Part shown: one piece after another, positions 51,198-64,000 of the stretch | Layout: each line of letters starts with the position of its first letter | Numbering within the stretch: the stretch's first letter is position 1 | Source: Octopus sinensis | Lineage: Eukaryota | Assembly (NCBI RefSeq): GCF_006345805.1 | Contig: NW_021836146.1 | Span: 124,001-188,000 of the forward strand | DNA length: 64,000 nucleotides | Direction: 5' to 3' | Made by a program: the position numbers and the translations under genes | Notes under the pieces: model-generated | What the model was told of the DNA's origin: nothing | The model's input: the letters and a program-made list of their open reading frames with translations, nothing else | Databases searched by the model: none

Positions 51198-52305
51198 ACC
51201 ATCATTAGCTATTTTCAAACTTATAAGTAATGGCTCAGGGTATCTAATGAAAACGAAATTCGCCACGACCACATTGTTTTTCTTTACCCTGTATTTATAA
51301 GACACCGATAATCTATTTAAACTTTATTCTAATCATATATCTCTGGCATGCATACAATTTTCCCACTCCATAGTAGCATTTATGTCGTGACAAGGAAACA
51401 AAACAGACAGCATGCATATGACCTCGTAATGATGCTAAGGATTTACTTTATTCACAATAATAGAAAATCGTAAAATTATGTATAAATCTTGTAAATGATA
51501 TGCAATCAATTGCACAATTAAATCAGCTATTAAGAAATTAACATATCAAAAAGCTTTGCTTCACACACACACATACTTAATAAAACAACTAAAAGACATG
51601 AATTTTCTTCTTCTATTGTAATTTCTAAATATATACTTTGAAATTTCCCCAGCAATCTTTGAAGTAATATTTTTCAGGAATTCAGCAAGATATTCACAAG
51701 CTACTATAGTTTGCTTTTTCAGTTTCAGTGCTACTGAATAGTTAAAGATATCAGCAAATCAAAGCATTGTGAAAATGAAATACCAACGAGACAAGCATCT
51801 TAGAACAAAATGAAATAAGTACAAAGTAAAATGCACTAAATTAAAGAGAATGTTCAAATATGATACTGTTTCTTAATTCGTGTTATTTTAAAAATCTTCC
51901 TCGATATGGTAATAGCACATGCAAGAGTATTTGAAAACATATAGAAACAAAACATATTCGATGTGGTCACACACACACACATACAATTTAATGTATGTAT
52001 CTCAAACAGAAATACTGAGATTAGCCATGTATACATTTAGATACATATACACTGACATAAAAATCAAGCATGATTTTATACAGATGCATATAGTTACACG
52101 AACAGATATATATACTTTTCATTTAGCATATGTAGTAGTACAAACAAAACCGGCATGGTTAAGATGTTTGTTTCACAGCAAATGGTTACAGGTTCAATCT
52201 CACAATGTACTTTGGCCACAGACTGATCCATGCCTCATAAGTAAAATATGATAAGTGGAAATTATGCAGAAACCTCTTTGTGAGTTGTGTCAGCATGTAT
52301 GTATG

Positions 52306-52503
52306 TATTCTTTTATTCTTTTACTTGTTTCAGTCATTTGACTTTGGCCATGCTAGAGCACCACCTTTAGTTGAGCAAATTGACCCCAGGACTTATTCTT
52401 TGTAAGGCTAGTACTTATTCTTTTGCTGAACTGCTAAGTTACGGGTCATAAACACACCAAACTCGGATGTCAAGCAATGGAGGAGGAGACAAACACAGAC
52501 ATA

Positions 52504-52571
<68 letters not shown>

Positions 52572-52840
52572 CATATTCATGAAGTAAAATTATGTAGCAA
52601 CACCAAATGGCAGTGCCCCAGCATGGCCACAGCTCGTGAGCTGAAACTAGATAAAATAAAAAAATAAAATATATATATATGCTTCTTTTAGTTTCTACCT
52701 ACTAAATCCACTTACAAGGCTTTAGTCAGCCCAATGCTATAATAGAAGACACTTGCCCAAGGTGCTACGCAGTGGGACTGAACCCAAAACCATGTGGTTG
52801 GTAAGCAAGCTACTTACCACACAACCACTCCTACACCTAT
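52306..52840 (-). mobile_element. SINE family A copy with a second SINE 3' tail (+) nested in its internal microsatellite (~52580-52670)
   Basis: Reverse-complement tail and head of family A; GGCAGTGCCCCAGCATGGCCACAGC..CTGAAACTAGATAAAATAAAA is inserted in the (TA)n. Confidence 0.88.
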
Positions 52841-53914
52841 ATGTACGTTTGCATGCTTGCCTGTAAATGTGTGTTTCTGATGTAGTAATATTATTCCTTT
52901 ATGTCCTATAACTTAGAGTTTCTACAAATTGAGATTAACATGGAAAAGAATCAGACTAACGTAAGTCCTGAGATCAATACAATAAAATAAAACTCTTGAA
53001 GGTGGCACTCTAGTAGCTCCACAATCCAATGACTGAAACCAATAACACAATAATCTGCACTTAACTTAGATAACTTAAGTAAGAATCGTCATACTTCTTA
53101 GTAGGCCATCTAACACTATCATACAAAATGTATACATATGCACTCATGTAAAATTTCTATTAAGATTAACCTGAAAAGTCTCAGATAAACCAGTTGGGAA
53201 TAATGCAATAATATTATGACACAAAAGACAGCTTACTAGGGAAGCTAAGACGAATAGCTCAATTGAATTTCAAGCAAACAGTTTACTAAAGAATTAGATA
53301 TATGAAAGGAAACTTTTTGGCATATATAGCTAATAAAGCAAGGATGCTCTAAATATGAGTTGTGACAATGGAATGAAAATTAGATTAAAAATAAGAGCTA
53401 ACAACACTGAAAAAAAAAATCAACGAAATTCAGTAAGACATATCTACATACATGCACACAGACCACACATACACATTCACATATACACAAAACAAAGTTT
53501 TGAGAAGTAATGATAATAATAATAATTTCATTTATTTGCCATAATAATAATAATAATAATAATAATAATTGTTACTGATAAGTACTACAAATATGTAACA
53601 AGCAAAACAAGATCTTAGATGTGAAATACAAAAGAACTATTAGAATGAAAGAATAAGGAATATCACTGAAGCTAAAATAGGAATTTTTTTGGTTTTTTTT
53701 TGGCAAAATAGTTTTTTTATATTATTTCAGCTGCTTCCAAACTTTATAAAAGGTCTTAGCTCTTTGAGAATTTAACATAGATGTGAAAAATGGGGATGAG
53801 AAGAAGCTACAAAGAATGAAATACAAATATATTAAATGTTGGAGCTTATAAGCAGATGTTATGTACTTTAGATAAGAAAACTGTAAAGTAATGGCATGCA
53901 GAATGGCAGGGTAA

Positions 53915-54330
53915 TAATATTCTTTTACTCTTTTATTTGCTTCAGTCATTTGACTGTGGCCATGCTGGAGTACTGCCTTTAGTTGAGCAAATTGCCCCCA
54001 GAACTTATTCTTTGTAAGCCGAGTACTTATTCTGTCAGTCACTTTTGCCGAAGTTACAGGGACATAAACACACCAGCATCAGTTGTAAAGTCATCGTGGG
54101 AGGAGGACAAATACGGATACACAAACACATACACACACACATATATTTATATATATATATATATATATGATGGGCTTCTTTCAGTTTCCATCTATCAAAT
54201 CCACTAACAAGGCTTTGGCCGGTCCAAGGCTTTAGCAGAAGGCACTTGCCCAAGGTGCCATGCAGTGGGATTGAACCCAGAACCATGTGGTTGGTAAGCA
54301 AGCTACTTACCACACATCCACTCCTGTGCC
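53915..54330 (-). mobile_element. SINE family A copy
   Basis: Reverse complement of the full element. Confidence 0.92.
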
Positions 54331-54519
54331 TAAAAAAAGCATATCAAAATATAAAGACTTTCTTTTTCTATATCAAATATTCTATTTCTAGCTGGATATT
54401 TATTTCTGTTAAACTTAAGGAAACAAAAGAAATATGTAAAAGAATACAGGTGCAATAAATCTAATTCATATTTTTCTATCAATCATTCAGATAGTCACCA
54501 GGTGTATAACAAATGCATC

Positions 54520-55012
54520 TCAAGACAGGAAATATTGATCCTATCAGGTAAGCTCTAATAGTGGAGGGCACCTATGGAAAGGGTAGACCTGTAGACCCCA
54601 GGTAAGCTCTAATAGTGGAGGGCACCTATGGAAAGGGTAGACATGTAGACCCAGGAAGACATGGGACAAAGTGGTGAGAAAGGATCTCTGGATGATAGGC
54701 CTCACTGAGGAAATGGCAAGGGACTGAGAGATGTAGTGATTTGTTGTACTTGATAAGACACATCAAACCAAATAAAATCACTGTCTTCCACACATACAGG
54801 CTTGTCCTTTCAGGTGTCAGTGCTACATAAAAAGCACCTGTGCCAGTGCTGTGTAAATGCATCCATGCCATGTTATGTGATTGGCATGAGGAAGGGCATC
54901 CAGCCATAGAAACCATGCAACAACAGACAATTTGGAGTCAGGACAGATCCCAGCTGGCCAGCTCCATGTCAAACCAACATGGAAAATGGACGTTAAACGA
55001 CAATGATGATGG
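54520..55012 (+). mobile_element. RTE LINE 3' end (RT C-terminus plus 3' UTR) with an internal 54-bp tandem duplication
   Basis: LIVEGTYGKG..RPRKTWDKVVRKDLWMIGLTEEMARD..VVLDKT, then GGAAGGGCATCCAGC..GGACGTTAAACGACAATGATGATG. The duplicated units start at 54545 and 54599. Confidence 0.88.
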
Positions 55013-56496
55013 TGTCAAAAAATTTTTTATTATTTTAAAAACTAAACTAAACAACACAGAACAAGTAGAAAGATAGATTTTTCAACACATAAATAATTTT
55101 TCAATGTGTAAAGTCTTTACGCATTGAAAAATTATTTATGTGTTGAAAAATCTATCTAGCAGAATTGGTTGACCACTGAATAAAACTGAATTACATTCTA
55201 CATTCAAATCCAATCAAGATTGACTCTGCCTTTCTTTCATCTGAGTCTCTAAAATAAGAATTTGTCAAGTACCAGAAACAATGAAATCAGCTGTGTGTAG
55301 AATTGTACCCGGTTAGAAACAATGATTATTAGTTGTAACCATAATAGTGACACTTTATATAATTTAATTTACTGAATAAACCAAACAGAAGACTGCTACA
55401 CTCCATGTATATGCTCTCTCTTTCTCTCTCTCTCTCTCTTGCACACTTTCACACACATGCACACATAATTACAAGCTTGAAACTTTCCCATTACATTTGT
55501 AAGAGTATATACCGCTACGCTTTCTTTCTTCAAACAAAGATGACAAAAAATGTTTGGAATAGTTTAAAGAAATGAGAGCAAAATAAAAGCAAAAATTCAT
55601 AACAATAATATGAAAATGATGAGAAAGTATGAAAATAACTCCATGTAAAAAAAAAAATAACCTACAAATAAAAATAAAATTTTCAAGAATGCATACATAA
55701 AAATAAATGCTTCACAGAACTAAATTGGCTCATTGGCATGATTATTGCTGTAATGTAAAGTTTTGCCACGTTAATTAGAAATTGAATAACATTCTAAGCA
55801 CTATATCTCTCACTACTGGCCAATTTGACATGGAATCAAAGAGTAAAATTTATTTTCATTTCTATCATTTTCCTCAAAAGAGGAAAGAAAAGTAGTGAAG
55901 TTATGCATAGTATTAACATCCAAAGATCTGCTTTCTGTTTTTGTATTTTAAGTTTTCTGTTTCTTTTTCTTTACAGTTCACTTTTTTATTGCAATAAATT
56001 CTTATTATTGTTATTTCTTTACTTTCCATAAAACGTAATTGATTTTTTAAAAATTTATTCTTTAATTTCTATTCTGGATCCTCTCATTTTCAAATGTTTG
56101 GAATTTATTATGTAAAATTTATTATCTGAAGTTTATAATTCTTCCTATTATTTCATTTTTTCTTCTTTTCAAATATGAATTTAAATATTTCAAAAATAAT
56201 AATTGAATTGAAAGGGATTTCCCCCTCTTTTTGAAGGAATAACTTAAATTTCATAATGAATGCTTTCTTTTCCTTTTGTGATTTTATAAACTACATAATC
56301 TTGATAAAATTACACAGTGATCAGTTTGTAAATCCTGTTCATTCAAATTTAGAGCTACTATTACAGTAATTGTTACAAATTTTAACATTTCAAAATGGTT
56401 ATCATACTATCAACTGTATACCTTTCAAAGTTCACACTTGCAGAACTGGAAGGTTATTAATAGAAATTAATTCTGAGTTAGTGAAACTTAACTTAC

Positions 56497-56536
56497 CAAA
56501 TAGACAAGAAGATCATCTCAGAAAGTATTATTTGCA
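56497..56536 (-). CDS. Candidate small coding exon (xQIILSEMIFLSI)
   Basis: Acceptor GAATTTTTACTTAG, donor TTG|GTAAGT; 40 nt; one open frame, phase 1 to 2. Confidence 0.3.
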
Positions 56537-59357
56537 CTAAGTAAAAATTCAACAAACTGTTTAATACAAGGAGTAAAAACTGAACTTTTCTTTGGTATAC
56601 TATGAAATGTAGACTAAAATTTTTAAAAAACCCATCATGAATCCTGTTCTTTAGGTAGAAAATGTTTTAATCACTAGCATGTAACAGCAGAGTGTAATAA
56701 ATTGTCACTTTAAAAGTGGCTTCAAATATATATACTGAAGTTTGCTTCCTATCTAAAATCACTTGGCAGATTGAGAGACAAGTTTGAATAATGTTGCTAC
56801 TTCTTTTTGTGTCTAAAATTCAATCCACACAAATACTTTCCAGACAGAAATGAAGTATTATTTCCAACCATCCAAAAGACAATTATTTTCCCAGTTTGAC
56901 ATAAAATATTTCCTAAATTCAATTAAAATCATTGAATTTCACTGCTCTTTTCTAGCCATCTATTTTGATCAGTCTCACACCTAGACATATGCATGTTTAA
57001 CTCAAAGTGAACTGACCAAAAGATTTTTATCACCAGAATACCAACCACCATTGCTGATTTTCTGTTATTTATTACTTGAAATATTTTGATCATGCTTCTG
57101 AAGACACCTGCTTAATTGTTCATGAACACAGGACAATCTAGTTCAAAGTGCAACATTAGATCCACATCTCTCCTGCTTAAGCCAATCTCGTTTTCTTAGC
57201 ACCACGATAAATAAACAGAATGTCTTTTATTTACCTCAAAAGTTTGGTATGATCACTAAAAGGACATAAGCAAGTAAGATCTTATTCTTGAAACTAATAC
57301 ATGATACAGACAAGTATTCAGATAGTTCAGAATACTGCCACATGGACAGAAAGCTATGTCACTCTCTGCTATCACACTATTTTAATATCTATAAAATCTC
57401 TTTTCTATAGATCCTATCTGAAGTAAAAGTAATTATCTGATTTAACTTTATTTAAGTAGTTTGGTGTTCTATTTGTGCTAGCAATCTTGTAGACTGAGAA
57501 AGAAATGATTGCTATAAAACATTACTCATATTTACAAATGTTTTGTGATATAAAATCAAAACTCATTTTATTTTCCTTTTATCACTGAGAACTCCAGTCA
57601 AGCAAAACTATGTAACATAGTAACATATTTAAATACTTTGGGAGCAACACACAATAGGAAAGTGCTATTTATTGTCTGTTTTCACCAGCTGATCAGAATA
57701 TATCATTTGTCTTATTCAACACAAGAAAAAGATATGGTGAATATAGACAACATTCATAACCATTCTCTTATGACGTTAAACTATGTAAATTTTATAATAT
57801 GCAATAACGTGAGCATATCAAATTTGTATGTAGATGCTTCTTTGTAACCAAGCACAAGTGAGTTCATAAATGTATTTATGCATATATGCCTGCATTTTTA
57901 TGCAGATGTGTGCAAATATTTGTCGCCTTGTGCATATGTATTTTACCATAAGCTTGCATGAGCAATATGTATGTCTATATACTTAAGTACTTCTGCACTT
58001 ATTTACATGAATGTGCACACATAAATGTCCACATATTCAATATGCATGTTTGTGCATTGACGAGTTCATGTCCAAGTGTATGTCTTCACCTAATTTTGAT
58101 TCCTTTCAGTTGTGTACTACCTATCCTAATACTTTCAGAATGTACCTGTTCAGTTAAGGCAGGAGAAAAACTAATGAGGTGAGATTTGGTTGCTGAACTC
58201 ACAAGCCTGTAAAATATTCTCTTGTTAGCGTAGTTTTTGAAATTATTGCCATGCAGTCTCTAATCTCTAGCAACATAGCAGTATGTAAGGAGCTAGAAAG
58301 GAAGATTTTACAACTTATCTCAGAAGCATAAAGCAAACTAATTCATAGCAAAATTAATGATTAAAAATGTAACTACAAAATTACTCATTAATTATTAATG
58401 GAATTGGGTCACATATGCTGCAAGAATTATATTGATAGATGAAAATATAAATTTCATCTTTTTTTGCTCAATTTAAATTATTAACCCCCCACCCTCTATA
58501 AAGCAGTCACAAAGATTTGGAAAAAGTAGTATTTAAGTTGCAATTTTGTGAAAGGAAAATATCCTAAATATCATCTGAATAGTTATTTTCTTCATATTTG
58601 TATGGTATGACATTTTCAAAACAGTGTTATATCTTCTTTTAAAATATTAGTTATCAAAACAAAGTCCCTTTCTCTTTCAAGTGCTGATTTAAACAATACT
58701 GAAAGCCTAGAATTATGTGGGTGCAGAAGGAAATTTTTATCTACATTCACATAACTCATCCACATTACAAAATGTTACCAAATTAAATAGAGCCTCAGAA
58801 TTTCTTTAGAAATTAGGAATACCGTTGTTAGTTCAAAAAAGGCAAATCAATTATGCAAAGACAGTGAATGAAACAAAAACTACATAAGCAAAAAGGAATG
58901 TAAAGTAACACTAAATACAAGGTCTAATCTAACTTTCAATCCTGTCCAACAAGAATATTTCTTTATGAGATTTGAGAGTGGAAGTACAAAATACCTTGTC
59001 TCTTCACTATATGTTGTTGCTATTTACCATTAAATTAGCCCTAATCAGAGCTATGATAAAAATGTAACAGTCATGACTATCTCATCACATTTTCATGCAT
59101 AAAAATATATCTATGTCAACATTACATGTGTGCTACTTTTATCAAGATAGTTGGGTATAGTCTAAAGGGAATTCGTTGGCTTTTTCTAGCATGTTGAGTA
59201 ACCATGTGGCAGCTTCCATATCTTCATTCTCACATAAATTAATGCCCACACTGGATTCTCCATAAGTAAGTGAGAGCTTTACAGAAGATTCTAAAATATA
59301 ACTTTACTGCTTTACCCATGTCTTACTATTAGTTTATAGATATCAAAAAGTACCTTT

Positions 59358-59936
59358 CGATTGTAGGGTGATATGTAGTGCTTGAGGAGACCTATTGAGT
59401 CAAGAACATCAACATCAAAATCAAATCACACTACAATCAAATGGAAATTGTAGTTGTGGCTGATGCCAGCGCCTACTGTCTGGCTCCCTGTGTTGGTGGT
59501 ACGTAAAAAGCACCATCCAAACATGGTCAATGCCAGCCCCCTCGCCCTGAATGGCTCCTGTGCCAGTGGCACGTAAAAAGCACCATCCAAATGTGACTGA
59601 TGCCAGCACTACCATGACTGGCTCCTGTGCCAGTGTCATGTAAAAGCACCATTCAAACGTGGCCAATTCCAGCCCCCTCTGACTTCTGTGCTGGTGGCAT
59701 GTAAAAGCACCATCCAAATGTGGTCGATGCCAGTTCCCTCTGGCCCCTGTGCCAGTGGCATGTAAAAAGCACCCACTACACTCTTTGAGTGGTTGGTGTT
59801 AGGAAGGGCGTCCAGCTGTAGAAACACTGCCAGATCAGACTGGAACTTGGTGCAGCCTCCTGGCTTTGCAGACTCCCAGTCAAACCATCCAATCCATGCC
59901 AGCATGGAAAATGGTCAATAAACGATGGTGATGATA
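59358..59936 (+). mobile_element. Older RTE LINE 3' UTR with ~5 diverged minisatellite units
   Basis: Repeated GCCAGTGGCA(C/T)GTAAAAAGCACCATCCAAA units, then GGAAGGGCGTCCAGCTGTAGAAAC..AAACGATGGTGATGA. Confidence 0.88.
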
Positions 59937-61332
59937 TCATTTTCAATAAAATCTGCACAATAATTTCTACCTTACAAAGATAGATGAATGATCTTAACAT
60001 ATGGTTTTCTAAAAAAAATATATTAAACATTTAAACATGAATTTTCAAATAATTAAATAACTAAAAATCTCTATGCCTAAGGCCAAAATAATGGTAAGAA
60101 CTGATACACTCAGTAAATTTTAACTAAAAACATTGCCCGAAACTGTTTTCTCAATAATATTATTTTATATTTTTAATCTCTTCAGTAGATGATAAAACAA
60201 TATTATAGCCACAATTTGTGATGAGCCACAATTCATGGATATTAACATCTTCAATGATGACCAAAATTTTTCAGTTCTCTAATCAAAAGCTTCTAAACAT
60301 CATTAAATATAAAATCAAGTAGCTTTGTTTCATGCAAAAATACGCATTATGTTTGAACCAAATTCTACAGTAAAATGACCAATATGGCCACAGAAATCAA
60401 TACTTAAACAAAATCAAATATAAAACAAAAATTAGACTACATGATGGTTCGAGTTATTCCTCCACTAAAATCCATGTGTAATTAAATCTGGTTATGTATT
60501 TTCTAACTTAATAATTTGATTTTTTTTTCTCCAAAAACAAAGAACACAAAGTAGGTTTTTTTGTATTTGTTTTGAAAAATGATTAGATATATATTCAAAC
60601 TTCTAATAATGATCACATTGATAAATATAGCAATAGAAAGAAAAGTCTTACGAGAGACATTAAGTAGAGATTTAGTTAAATAAATGTCACATTATATAAG
60701 GATCTAAGGAATGTTTGTCGAAAGAACAAGTAATAATTCCTTTTTTTCATGAAAGAGGATAAAATTTTCAAATAAACAACTATGTTTACAACCATTTCGT
60801 TTTGCTCTTAACATTTCAGAAATCTATTATTCACTCATCACCATACAAAAGCCGTTAATACTCTGTGTGTGTGTGTGTGTATGTGTGCGTGTGAATACAC
60901 TCATGCTGTTTTTGCATATTAACATTATTGCTATTATCATCAACAGATAAAATAAGCATAATGTCATTTGATATTTCAAATAACAGCAAAATAGGTATTT
61001 ATCAAGTAACATAGATAATACATGAAATGTTGAGGATAAGAGATAAAAAAAAAATATATAAATCAGTCATTATACTGATTATACAATTTTTTTATTCTTT
61101 TACTTGTTATACTATTTGTTGTTACAAGCAAAAATTGGGTAAAAAACACAATGATTAAGGAAATACTTCTCCCACATCTCCAAAGGAAATTTCAAAAATA
61201 TGCAAACAAGTAGAAACATTAAAAATTATTTTGCCAATTAATATCTCAATATAATCCAAATATAAACTTGACATTTCCATACAGTGTTTTCAGAGCTAAT
61301 TATTGGTAAACAAGAAATGCATATGTGTGAGA

Positions 61333-61364
<32 letters not shown>

Positions 61365-62660
61365 CCAAAATATTTACCGAAATAGTAGTTTGTATTATAG
61401 GCAACATACGTTACAGTATTCCTACAAGCTGGCTATCTAGTTATTAGTTAAAGCAACAGTTCCATAGTCTTTGTTTGCATAGACTCAAATTATTCTCCTT
61501 CAAAAATATGTTAGTTATCTCTGTTTAAACTGCTCGAAGTAATAGTTAATTTCAAAGAAATGTGTGTCTTGCATGGATATTTACTTCAAATGCAAACAAA
61601 AAGGAAACAGAACCAGATATCAGAAGTAAAAAGAACATGATTGAAGACTGTAACTAACTAATATATTACTACACAAACACACACACGGGTGAACAAATTA
61701 AAGTAGCACTTGACATATTTGGTTGGAGTTATATTCAATAAGTTTGACTCAGCTGCTCATTCCACAAGGTCTCATAGGTATAAAACTTTTTCTTAACATC
61801 AAATGTTTGAAGACAGAATATCTGATGAGATGCAAGTGTCCTACCCATGAAACCTTAAGAGATATGGATATGAGTCAAATTATAAAGTATACATATAAAT
61901 ATACACATTCATATAAATACAGATATAAATATAAACATACACAAATATATAATATATTCATGTATATATATATATCACACACACACACATAATCACTTAC
62001 TATGGACCCTCAGACTTTGTCAAATTTTAGTCTCAAATTTTACAATTTTCTTTTAAAAAAAAATCACTCATAGCAGTTTTGCCCTTGTGCATTCATCCAA
62101 AATGGATTTTCAGCCCAACATGAAAACACCTTTAGTCAAAGAACAGCAATGCTTTGATAGGATGAATTTTTCAGAAATAACCCAATAAATTTCCCATTAA
62201 TTCAATGAAATATTCATGGGTTCTGCTAGTGAAAATAAATACACTAAGGAATAGAATAAATGAGGCCTTTAGTAACAGTGTCGTAAGTGCCAACCCAGCC
62301 ATTTTCGAGGTTAGTATATCATTTTCTTTGTCTAGATGTCTAGAATCCAAAAAAGTTGGGAGGAAGAACTGGTGAGGCTTGCAATAAGGTTGAAAATCCA
62401 ACAGAAAAAAATTGTACCTCGACACTATTGACACGATGCTTGCTCACCCAAACTCAGACTAGAGAGTTTACTAACACACCATCATAAGCACACATACTCA
62501 ATTAATGACCTTGGTGTGGTCCCTGTATCATTTTCCAAGGTGTTATGGCTCATTTTCTATTATTCCTCGTTACCATCATAACGATAATAAGCTATTATCT
62601 TACTATCTTGTCTTACCTCTTAAAGATACTTAACTTGGTATATTGAAACACAAACAATAC

Positions 62661-62744
62661 CTTTGGGGAGTCTCTGTATGTTTTTTTCAAGGTATTTGGC
62701 TAAAATATGCAATGTGATACGCCATTTTGTAATACCAGTATATT
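62661..62744 (-). CDS. Candidate coding exon (xYTGITKWRITLHILAKYLEKNIQRLPK)
   Basis: Acceptor CATCTTTCTCATTTTGTAG, donor AAG|GTATTG; 84 nt; single open frame, phase 1 to 1. No homology recognised. Confidence 0.4.
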
Positions 62745-63258
62745 CTACAAAATGAGAAAGATGCAGTCATTGTTTCATCTTTCAGATGCATACGCAAATA
62801 GATAATTTTAGATAGGTGGAATGATTAGACGAAGTCTTCACACTCATTTTAAGACCAAAGCTAGCTTTCTAACTTCATTCCTTGTTGAGATATTGCTTTC
62901 TGAATGTTGCAAAGCATTGACAGTTTTTTCTCAATTTTTGAGTTGTGGCGCTTATGACAATCTGTTACAAAACGCCTGAAATGAGGGTTTAAACATTTCA
63001 AATTATACCTTTTATCAAAGAAATGAAAAAGTAATTAGAGACACAAGAAAAGGATTAGTTACTATACCAACATGTCTTCCTATAATTTCAGGTTTAGCAT
63101 AAAAATGAAGTTGGCATGGACTGATAGGAATGGAAGCGAGGACATTCAGGAGAGTAAGAGGAGAGAAGAGAGAGGAAGAAGCAAGAAAGGAAAGAATAAG
63201 TGAGGAGAGAGAAAAGAAAGCAAGAAATATATTATTAATATAAATTATTGGAAAATTA

Positions 63259-63667
63259 TAGGCGCAGGAATGGCTGTGTGGTAAGTAGCTTACCAACCAC
63301 ATGGTTCCGGGTTCAGTCCCACTGCGTGGCATCTTGGGAAAGTGTCTTCTACTAAAGCCTCGGGCTGACCAAAGCCTTGTGAGTGGATTTGGTAGATGGA
63401 AACTGAAAGAAGCCTGTCGTATATATGTATATATATGTATGTGTGTGTGTGTATGTTTGTGTGTCTGTGTTTGTCCCCCTAGCATTGCTTGACAACCGAT
63501 GCTGGTGTGTTTACGTCACTTAGCGGTTCGGCAAAAGAGACCGATAGAATAAGTACTGGGCTTACAAAGAATAAGTCCCAGGGTCAATTTGCTCGACTAA
63601 AGGCGGTGCTCCAGCATGGCCGCAGTCAAATGACTGAAACAAGTAAAAGAGAAAAAAAAAGAGAGAA
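63259..63667 (+). mobile_element. Full-length SINE family A
   Basis: Near-identical to 8989 and 21409. Confidence 0.95.
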
Positions 63668-64000
63668 CTGCAAAACATGAAAATTCTTCACATAAATAGT
63701 AGCAGAGCCAGTAAAAAAATAAATCAAGAGCTATCCAATTTTCTGCATTATGAAAGTAAACCAAGGCTACAAAATTTTAAATATAATGACAATGACAAGA
63801 AATTACACAGAGTTCTTCTTGCATTCAAAACAGTAATAATAACCTCTAAGACAACATTAAAAGATTTGACTTCTGAAATGGTTTAAAATGAAACTTAAAG
63901 GACTAGCTAATAATATGCGAAAACTTTAATGAAAAGGGGAGGAATAGAGCAGTCCTGTTTACAATAGCACAAATATAATTGATTTGTTCCTATATATATA

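Overview
AT-rich eukaryotic genomic DNA, roughly two-thirds A+T by eye and dense in microsatellites. The repeat families match my recollection of coleoid cephalopod (Octopus-like) genomes; this is an inference, not a database result. Nearly all ORFs in the supplied track are artefacts of SINEs and microsatellites or fragments of decayed transposons. Supported content: two decayed mariner elements with TIRs; Penelope-like RT and GIY-YIG remnants; RTE, Tx1/L1, Dong/R4 and HERO-like LINE remnants; a Helitron 3' end and a non-autonomous Helitron-like element; two piggyBac-type MITEs; a probable hAT MITE; and about 25 copies of two tRNA-head SINE families. No intact protein-coding gene could be identified. 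Several short minus-strand segments with good splice signals may be exons of a large, intron-rich host gene, but I do not recognise the protein. The most notable unexplained structures are several long near-perfect hairpins or palindromes in unique sequence, SINE-into-SINE insertion at a recurring site, a shared SINE head with two different tails, and a variable ~60-bp minisatellite in an RTE 3' UTR. I found no convincing new multi-gene system. Element boundaries are approximate except where TIR or TSD coordinates are given.
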